Source: an uncultured Candidatus Saccharibacteria bacterium
Lineage (GTDB): Bacteria; Patescibacteriota; UBA1384; DTJR01
DNA length: 64,000 nt
Direction of reading: 5' to 3'
Assembly (NCBI GenBank): GCA_964487045.1
Contig: CAZAOT010000002.1
Span: 123,740 to 187,739, forward strand
Position 1 is the first letter of the stretch, and each line of letters begins with the position of its first letter. Below are positions 56,914 through 64,000 of this stretch, piece after piece. The position numbers and the translations under genes are program-made. The notes under the pieces are model-generated. The model was given only the letters and a program-made list of their open reading frames with translations. It searched no databases and had not been told where the DNA came from.

Positions 56914-59724
56914 TTGAGAGTATTTTATCCCAAACTATGTTATAATTCAATTAAGATGAAACTAGGCGGCATTGTAAACCTTAGGAATTCTCGAAAGCTG
57001 CGACTGCCCAAAACCAAAGAAGAGAAAAAAATATTTAAAAAGAAGTTGTTAAACTTCTTTCTTGGATTTGTTGGCTTCATCGTTCTACTATTCCTTTGGT
57101 ATGCTAAGGATATTCCCACACCAGCAAAGCTCGCTAAGCTTCACGCTTCAGAAAGTACAAGGATACTCGCTAAAAATGGAGATGTCTTGTACGAAACGGG
57201 TAACGAAAGAAGAACCATTCTCGACAAAAAGGATATTCCAGACAACATCAGGCAAGCAACTGTAGCGGTCGAAGATGCAAACTTTTATAAGCATGGTGGT
57301 GTTGACTTTAAAGGGCTAGCCAGAGCTATCGGTAAGGACATTTTCTCTTTAAGGCTGGCTCAAGGTGGATCTACTATTACACAGCAGTTTGTAAAAAATG
57401 CAGTACTAACAAACCAAAAATCTATTTCTAGAAAAATTAAAGAATTAATCATCTCTCTTGAAATTGAACAAATATATTCAAAAGACGAAATACTAAATTT
57501 ATACCTCAACGAAATTCCATACGGCGGAAATATTTATGGAGTGGAAGAAGCTAGTAATACATTTTATGGAAAATCTGCCAAGGATTTGAGTTTATCAGAA
57601 GCAGCGACCCTAGCTGCGATTCCTCAGGCACCGACTTACTATTCACCATACGGAAGTCATACGGACAAGCTTTTTGTCAGAAAAGCTCTTGTTCTAGACA
57701 AGATGGCTAAGCAGGGATATATCACCCAGGAACAAGCCGATAAGGCAAAAACAGAGTCACCATCTAAAGAGCGTCCCGAATTTAAACCAAGACGAGAATC
57801 AATTAAAGCTCCTCATTTCGTAATGTACATCAAGGAAAAGCTCGTCGAACAGTACGGGGAAAAAATGATTGATAGCGGCGGATTAACTGTTACCACGACC
57901 TTGGACCCAGACAAGCAGAAATATGCCGAAGAGGCTATCAAAAATGGAGAGGCAAAATTTAGCAGATACGGAGCAACGAATGCCGCCATGGTATCGCTTG
58001 ATATCAAAACAGGAGAAATAGTCTCAATGGTAGGCGGCAAAGATTTCTTTGATCTTGAGCACGATGGAAATGTAAACGTAACAGATTCTCTTCGTCAACC
58101 AGGGTCATCATTTAAGCCAATTGTTTATGCTACTGGATTTAAACAATCAAGATTCTCGCCCGCATCAAATATTTTTGACCTGAAGACTGACTTTGGTGGT
58201 TACTCACCAAACAACTACGATGGAAGCACTCATGGTCCAGTTACTATTAGAACTGCACTATCAAACTCACTTAATATTCCTGCTGTTAAGATGCTTGGTT
58301 TAGTTGGTGTGCCCGAGGCACTCAAGACTGCAAAGGACCTGGGCATAACAACTCTAACAACACCGGAAAGATATGGGCTAGCACTAGTCTTGGGAGGCGG
58401 AGAAGTAAAGCCAATTGAGATGGCTGGGGCTTTCGCAGCCTTTGGAAATTCCGGTGAATTCCATAAGCCGGTGGGTATTTTAAAAATTGAAGATCATAAA
58501 AAGAAAGTTTTATATGAGTATAAGCAAGAAACCAATAAATTTCAGGCTATTGACCCACAAATAGCCTATCAGATCACAGACATACTGGATGATGACAATG
58601 CTAGATGCATGGTTTTCGGCTGTCAGAACGCCCTAAACTTCGGAGATACACATGTTGCAGCAAAAACTGGTACAACCCAGGAATTTCATGACGCCTGGAC
58701 CGTTGGGTATACCCCGAAATATTCGGCTGCAGTATGGGTTGGCAACAATGACAACACCAAGATGAAGTCGGGTGCTGATGGATCGGTAGTGGCAGCACCG
58801 ATTTTCCATGACTATATGGTCAAGATCGCAGATGATTCAGAGTTTACAAGACCGGCAGGAATTCAAGAAGTAACTGTGGAAAAATTTTCAGGTAAGCTTC
58901 CAACTGGATATTCAAAGGAAACCATAAAAGATATATTTGCTTCATGGCAGGTTCCGACCGAAAAAGACAACATTAATTCTGTATTTAAAGTAAATAAAAT
59001 AAATAATAAAATTGCTACAGATAATACACCAGCAGAATTAATAGAGGAAAAAGTTTTTTCAAATCTACACAACGAGTGGGGTGATGCTTGGAAGAAATAT
59101 CCCAACTGGGAAAGCCCGGTAAGAGCCTGGGCTGAGAGCAATGGATACTTACTTCCCCCATCCGAGAAAGATGATAGCTACTCAAGCCTTCCGACTATTT
59201 CAATATCTTCACCGTCAAATGGTCAAACAATTAGCGGCACAACTAGTGTCTCGGTGAGCACAAAATCAGGACAAAACATATCTTCTGTCACCTATTATCT
59301 TGAAAATACTGAGATTGGTTCGTCATCAAGCTCACCTTATTCAATCGTTTTTGACTCAAATAAATACGCAAATGGTAGCTATAGCTTGTCGGCTGTGCTT
59401 AAGGATTCAAACGGGGTTAGCGCAAGATCAAGCATTAGCGTTAGTATCAACAACGCCTCTCCATTAGTCTCGGGAATTAGCGTATCCGCCATAACCGCAA
59501 ATAGTGCTAAGTTTGAGTTCGACACAAATGTCGCTACCGATTCAATTATCTATTACGGAACCAGCCAAAATAATTTATTATTGTCAAAGGCATCGGGGAT
59601 TGCAACTAAAATACATTCAGCCGTTCTCACTGGTTTGAGCGCAGGAACAAAATATTACTATCGCATCGACGCAACCGCATCAGGAAAAACAGGATCCTCA
59701 TCAGGAACCTTTACAACGAACTAA
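56914..59724 (+). CDS. class A penicillin-binding protein (GT51 transglycosylase + transpeptidase) with a C-terminal Ig/FN3-like extension
   Basis: GT51 motifs EDANFYKHGGVD and GGSTITQQ; transpeptidase SSFKP, SLN and KTGT; a Ser-rich C-terminal domain of about 230 aa. The start may be ATG 56956 (MKLGG...) just downstream of a TG-extended -10 TGTTATAAT at 56938-56946. Confidence 0.85.
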   Translation: MRVFYPKLCYNSIKMKLGGIVNLRNSRKLRLPKTKEEKKIFKKKLLNFFLGFVGFIVLLFLWYAKDIPTPAKLAKLHASESTRILAKNGDVLYETGNERRTILDKKDIPDNIRQATVAVEDANFYKHGGVDFKGLARAIGKDIFSLRLAQGGSTITQQFVKNAVLTNQKSISRKIKELIISLEIEQIYSKDEILNLYLNEIPYGGNIYGVEEASNTFYGKSAKDLSLSEAATLAAIPQAPTYYSPYGSHTDKLFVRKALVLDKMAKQGYITQEQADKAKTESPSKERPEFKPRRESIKAPHFVMYIKEKLVEQYGEKMIDSGGLTVTTTLDPDKQKYAEEAIKNGEAKFSRYGATNAAMVSLDIKTGEIVSMVGGKDFFDLEHDGNVNVTDSLRQPGSSFKPIVYATGFKQSRFSPASNIFDLKTDFGGYSPNNYDGSTHGPVTIRTALSNSLNIPAVKMLGLVGVPEALKTAKDLGITTLTTPERYGLALVLGGGEVKPIEMAGAFAAFGNSGEFHKPVGILKIEDHKKKVLYEYKQETNKFQAIDPQIAYQITDILDDDNARCMVFGCQNALNFGDTHVAAKTGTTQEFHDAWTVGYTPKYSAAVWVGNNDNTKMKSGADGSVVAAPIFHDYMVKIADDSEFTRPAGIQEVTVEKFSGKLPTGYSKETIKDIFASWQVPTEKDNINSVFKVNKINNKIATDNTPAELIEEKVFSNLHNEWGDAWKKYPNWESPVRAWAESNGYLLPPSEKDDSYSSLPTISISSPSNGQTISGTTSVSVSTKSGQNISSVTYYLENTEIGSSSSSPYSIVFDSNKYANGSYSLSAVLKDSNGVSARSSISVSINNASPLVSGISVSAITANSAKFEFDTNVATDSIIYYGTSQNNLLLSKASGIATKIHSAVLTGLSAGTKYYYRIDATASGKTGSSSGTFTTN

Positions 59725-60995
59725 TTAGCTAGATCTGAGATAGAGTGGTATTTATATTGAGCCGTAAAACCGGCTTTTTCTGCTATTTTAATTATTTTCT
59801 TTGCATCAGTTGTTAAGTGAAGATTTCCCGCCAGATCTAACTCGCCAATATATAACTTATTCCCATCGAGTGGTTTTGATCTTGCTGAACTTACAATTGC
59901 TAGCGCAACTGCTGAGTCAGCGAGCGTTGATTTTAACTTGTAGCCTTCCGATATATTAAGAAATAAATCGCTTGAACTAAGATCAATTTTTAAATGCTTT
60001 GAAATTACTGCTGCGATCATATGTAGTCTATTTAAATCATAACCAACAGCGTTTCTCCTAGGAATCATTGAGTTAGTTTTTTGAACTAGTGCCTGAACCT
60101 CTAAAAATATAACTCTGCTTCCTTCGATAACCGCTGTTCGGCTTACTCCCTCAGGAAGAACGCTCCCGGGCTTGAGTCGGCCAAAGTTCGGCTCAGGCCT
60201 CAGTCCGCTTGAGGTCATTTCAAATATCCCAATTTCATCTGTAGAGCCAAACCTATTCTTGGCCGCTCTTAGAAACCTCTCTTGACCGGTCTGAGAGCCT
60301 TCTAGATAAAAGACACCGTCAACAAGATGCTCTAAGGTCTTTGGTCCGGCAACCTCGCCATCCTTGGTCACATGGCCTATCATGATCATTGCCGCTGAAT
60401 TCTTCTTGGCATATTCGATAAGTTTTAGAGCACATGAACGGACCTGAACAATGTTACCAGCAGAACCGGCGACATTTGGATCAAATACAGTTTGAATCGA
60501 ATCCACAACAACAAGCTTAGGCTGTAGACTAATAAGTGATGCGATCAAGTTATCAACATTTCTATCATCAAAAATTGCAATATTCTTGGTTATCGAAGCA
60601 AGGCGATCGGCTCGTAACTTAATTTGCTCTGGAGATTCTTCTCCCGCAATATAAGCCACCTGATCCTTTATCTTTGAAGCAATTTGCCAAACAAGTGTCG
60701 ACTTGCCAATCCCTGGGTGACCGCCAAAGAGCAAGACCGAGCCCTTGACTAAGCCTCCGCCCAGTACCAGATCGATCTCCTCCATACCAGTTATAATTCT
60801 TTCCTTCTTGGTAGTTTTTAAATCACTAAGTATAATCGGCTCAATTTTTTTAGCAGATCTAGATTCTGGTGGTCTGTCACTCATTTCCTTAAGGGTATTC
60901 CAAGCATTGCAGTAATTACATTTACCACTCCAGTTCAGATGCTCTCCACCACACTCCGAACAAATCCAAATTGTTTTAGGCGCTTTCTTTTGCAT
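59721..60995 (-). CDS. radA: DNA repair protein RadA/Sms
   Basis: N-terminal C4 zinc finger CSECG...CNYCNAW, Walker A GGHPGIGKSTL, Lon-protease-like C-terminus. Confidence 0.9.
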   Translation of the reverse strand: MQKKAPKTIWICSECGGEHLNWSGKCNYCNAWNTLKEMSDRPPESRSAKKIEPIILSDLKTTKKERIITGMEEIDLVLGGGLVKGSVLLFGGHPGIGKSTLVWQIASKIKDQVAYIAGEESPEQIKLRADRLASITKNIAIFDDRNVDNLIASLISLQPKLVVVDSIQTVFDPNVAGSAGNIVQVRSCALKLIEYAKKNSAAMIMIGHVTKDGEVAGPKTLEHLVDGVFYLEGSQTGQERFLRAAKNRFGSTDEIGIFEMTSSGLRPEPNFGRLKPGSVLPEGVSRTAVIEGSRVIFLEVQALVQKTNSMIPRRNAVGYDLNRLHMIAAVISKHLKIDLSSSDLFLNISEGYKLKSTLADSAVALAIVSSARSKPLDGNKLYIGELDLAGNLHLTTDAKKIIKIAEKAGFTAQYKYHSISDLAN

Positions 60996-62610
60996 CCTCT
61001 AGAAATAAATCTACCTTTCTTGATCCCCTGAATTCATTAATACCAGCAGTAAAAGCAATGTCAAACTTTCGCCCCCTTTTAAGTCCGTAGTTCTTTTTTT
61101 CAAAAGAAAAGACCAGAAAACAACCTTCTCTTCCCCCGCAATCGAAATATACCTTTTGATGCGAATGGTCGCGACCGATAGTTTCTATTTGACTAATTGC
61201 TACTTTTTCAAGTGCCAAAACTGGTTTTGTATTACCTGGACCAAATGGTGATAGCTTTTCTAATTTCTCAATATTTTTTATAGTTAGATCTTCATGTTTA
61301 ATAAGTGCATCAATTACTAATTCCCGAGCAAATAAGTTTTTATTAATTTTGCTCGAAGCATCAGCAATTTTTTTCATAAACAATTTTAATTGGCTCTTCT
61401 CTAGCGAGAGACCTGCTGCCTGGCTATGTCCTCCAAACGAAATTAATATTTCCTCGGACGAAGCTAACATGTCTGTTATATTTACTCCTTGAATTGATCT
61501 TGCAGAACCTTTGAGAAATTCTCCGCTACTCGATAAAACTATGCTGGGACGATAATATTTATCTGTTATTTTAGATGCAATTAGTCCAACAATTCCTTCG
61601 TCCCAATCACCTGTTATCACGATAATATTTTGGCTGCCTAACTGATGGGATTCAACATATTTAATCGCCTCATCTACACTCTTTGACAACATATCCTGTC
61701 TTAGCGAATTATATTTATCTAGTTTTTTTGCTAAAGCTGCAGCCTGATTTGAGTCATTAGTTACCAACAACTCATAACTATCGCGGGGGTGTGCGATCCT
61801 TCCGGCTGCATTCAATCTTGGTGCAATAGCGAATCCCAAATCATATGTCGTCAATGGCTTACTGCCGAGAGAACTAATTTCAAGAATATTTTTAAGTCCG
61901 ATGTTTTTCGTCTTTGCTAAAACCTGCATTCCATATTTAACTAAAATACGGTTATCGTGATTGAGTGGAACAATATCCGCAACAGATGATATTGCCGCAA
62001 GATCTATAAGCCATTTCTCTTGGCCAGATTCCCCGAGAAGCTCACGAGCCACCATATACGCCGTTCCCCCACCAGAGAGCTCAAGGGATGATAAGTCAGA
62101 CGTTATATCAGGATGAACAATCGCATAAGCCTCAGGTAATTCATCAGGTAGTTGGTGATGATCAACAATTATTGTTTCTATTCCAGCATCTTTTAGCATT
62201 AATATTTCTCTATGGCTTTTTATTCCACAATCAAGAGTAATAACTAAATCAACTTTCTCAGAAATAAAGTATTTTATTGCCTCTTGATTTAATGAATAGC
62301 CCTCTTTTCTCTCAGGGACATAAGTTAATGCTTGTCCACCAAAAAGTGAAATAGCTCGATAGATAATTGCCCCAGAACAAACTCCGTCCGCGTCATAATC
62401 ACAAAAAATTCCAATTTTAAGCTTTTTCTCTACAGCCCTCTTTATCCTTAACACAGCTTTATCAATATTCTTTAATTTTTTGGTTGAAACCAAATTTCGA
62501 TAATCAATATTTAAAAATTCATCTAGCTTGGTAATTGATCTATTTTTTACAATCGCTTTAAGAATATCTTCCGGATATTTAGAAAGATATTTCCACTTTG
62601 AGTACCTCAT
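60976..62610 (-). CDS. recJ: single-stranded-DNA-specific exonuclease RecJ
   Basis: DHH motifs (IFCDYDADGVCS, VDHH) and a DHHA1 region; 544 aa. Confidence 0.9.
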   Translation of the reverse strand: MRYSKWKYLSKYPEDILKAIVKNRSITKLDEFLNIDYRNLVSTKKLKNIDKAVLRIKRAVEKKLKIGIFCDYDADGVCSGAIIYRAISLFGGQALTYVPERKEGYSLNQEAIKYFISEKVDLVITLDCGIKSHREILMLKDAGIETIIVDHHQLPDELPEAYAIVHPDITSDLSSLELSGGGTAYMVARELLGESGQEKWLIDLAAISSVADIVPLNHDNRILVKYGMQVLAKTKNIGLKNILEISSLGSKPLTTYDLGFAIAPRLNAAGRIAHPRDSYELLVTNDSNQAAALAKKLDKYNSLRQDMLSKSVDEAIKYVESHQLGSQNIIVITGDWDEGIVGLIASKITDKYYRPSIVLSSSGEFLKGSARSIQGVNITDMLASSEEILISFGGHSQAAGLSLEKSQLKLFMKKIADASSKINKNLFARELVIDALIKHEDLTIKNIEKLEKLSPFGPGNTKPVLALEKVAISQIETIGRDHSHQKVYFDCGGREGCFLVFSFEKKNYGLKRGRKFDIAFTAGINEFRGSRKVDLFLEDAKESA

Positions 62611-63383
62611 TTCAAATACGCCAATCCTTCTACTCTTACATCAACATATTCATGAATATCGGCTTTATTCTTATCAACTACCTGCTTTACTGCACTCACC
62701 TGATTATTGATTGAATAAGAGCTGTCAGCAATAATCGACCATCCTTCGCTAGTAATAAAGGTAATTTTAAAGGTCGTTTCCTCCATCTTAGCGCTGGTCA
62801 CTTTTATCCCTGCCTTATCGAGCTCTTCAATAATTTTTAGAAAAAAGTAGATAAAGGATTCCGAAGCAACCCGATCTCCTTCTTTAATAACTTGATTCTT
62901 GTCATCGTTAAGCACAATTTTGCTAGACGGCCTTGCGATTGTTTGATATGCATAGCCCTGGTTATCAACCTCATAGCAATTTTCAATATTACACCAAATC
63001 ATTGTTTGATCACGCTCTATTACAGATAACTTTACAGTCCTAGGAATCCCTCGGATGATAGTTACTTCACTTAAAACTGGATATTCTTTTTGCAGTGTTC
63101 TTAAAAATTTGCCTGTTCTAAGAAATAAAATATTTCTACCCATCAATTCTCGCTTCATATAGTCGGAAATCTCGACAGACTTTACTCCTTCAATGTTAAC
63201 TTGAGAAATTTTGAATATTGACGAAAAAAATACGCCATAAATAATAAACGCTAAAACTGCTGCATAAAAAAGTCCTTTTAGTGGTTTTAGATTAAACCTG
63301 ACTTTTTCTTTTGTTTTATGCGTCTTATTGATTATTTCAGGACGCCTAAAATTAAACCTCTCCTTATGCTGCATCATTGCCAA
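62607..63383 (-). CDS. FtsQ/DivIB-like cell division protein (TM + POTRA)
   Basis: Basic N-terminus, one TM, a POTRA-like beta-rich domain; position between murB and recJ resembles the dcw cluster. Confidence 0.5.
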   Translation of the reverse strand: MAMMQHKERFNFRRPEIINKTHKTKEKVRFNLKPLKGLFYAAVLAFIIYGVFFSSIFKISQVNIEGVKSVEISDYMKRELMGRNILFLRTGKFLRTLQKEYPVLSEVTIIRGIPRTVKLSVIERDQTMIWCNIENCYEVDNQGYAYQTIARPSSKIVLNDDKNQVIKEGDRVASESFIYFFLKIIEELDKAGIKVTSAKMEETTFKITFITSEGWSIIADSSYSINNQVSAVKQVVDKNKADIHEYVDVRVEGLAYLK

Positions 63384-64000
63384 TCGCCTAAATACTCTAT
63401 TTCTTCTTCTAGGGCTACTGAATATTTATCAATCACTAGCTTCCTCATCTGCTCAATCAATTTCCGTGCGTCTGATGAAGTAGATCCACCTTCGTTTATT
63501 ATCCAATTAGCATGCTTCTTAGAAACATGCACACCGCCAAGTTTGAGTTTTTTAGCTCCTGAGCTATCCAGCAAAAATCCTGCGGTTCGCTCTTTCTGGT
63601 CATCATTTTTATCTCGCCCAGTAAGATTTCTAAATACACTGCCAGTAGTTTTTTGACCAATCGGCTGATTTTGCTCTCTCCACTTTTTATATTTAGCGAT
63701 TTCCGAAGAAATATCTTCTGGTTTTTTCTTTTGAAATTGAAAAATTGCGCTTAAGACTATTGGAGGAAATTCATCTTTCTTATATTTCAATTTACTTGTT
63801 CGATATCCGAATTCGAACCACTCAGGCTGAACACTAACGATCTTATCTGTCGAAATCATTAATGTTGCCGATTTTAAGCAACTAGAAATTGATGCGCCAT
63901 GAGCACCAGCATTTACGCAGAGGGCACCACCGACAGTTCCAGGAATTCCAAACATAGGCTCTAACGCACTAAGGCCGTGCGAAGCAGCTTCTAAAATCAT
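63374..64000 (-). CDS. murB: UDP-N-acetylenolpyruvoylglucosamine reductase, C-terminal part (N-terminus beyond the window)
   Basis: MurB C-terminal domain GSVFRN...GGVHVSKKHANWIINEGGSTSSD. Confidence 0.8.
   Translation of the reverse strand: MILEAASHGLSALEPMFGIPGTVGGALCVNAGAHGASISSCLKSATLMISTDKIVSVQPEWFEFGYRTSKLKYKKDEFPPIVLSAIFQFQKKKPEDISSEIAKYKKWREQNQPIGQKTTGSVFRNLTGRDKNDDQKERTAGFLLDSSGAKKLKLGGVHVSKKHANWIINEGGSTSSDARKLIEQMRKLVIDKYSVALEEEIEYLGDWQ

Noticed and set aside
1-64000. Transposase, integrase, toxin-antitoxin or cas genes as explicit mobile/defence markers
   Set aside because: No ORF in the window shows DDE/tyrosine-recombinase/serine-recombinase or Cas signatures. Evidence for mobility is indirect only: composition, repeats and the tRNA duplication.

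Overview
The window is low-GC (about 35%), gene-dense, and almost entirely minus-strand; it looks like a reduced Patescibacteria/CPR-type genome. The backbone is housekeeping: trxA, an nrdR-nrdJ-cobO-like operon (B12-dependent class II RNR), ftsZ/ftsA, ybeY, yqeY, rpsU, cysS, recR, topA, dprA, the rpmG-tRNA cluster, secE-nusG-rplK, rodA/ftsW, ileS, rpmB, mnmA, xth, rarA, argS, tyrS, a class A PBP, radA, recJ, a FtsQ-like protein and the C-terminal part of murB. Accessory content includes two tandem giant surface proteins sharing a C-terminal domain, an 11-kb surface-glycan cluster (36.2-47.4 kb: glycosyltransferases, an O-antigen-ligase-like protein, a WbpB/WbpD/WbpE-like amino-sugar module, an initiating sugar transferase and three SAM methyltransferases), and five tRNAs. 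The most unusual signals are two high-GC (about 55-58%) islands with genuine high-GC coding (a small membrane protein plus a tandem winged-helix regulator; an S26 signal peptidase I), the second ending in two 55-nt tandem repeats. Also notable are a GIY-YIG nuclease gene framed by inverted and direct repeats, a tRNA-Thr 3'-end duplication scar, several short GC-rich motifs repeated in untranslated regions, a paired anti-SD/SD arrangement around ybeY and yqeY, and a possible ncRNA locus downstream of rplK. No CRISPR array, transposase or integrase gene was seen.
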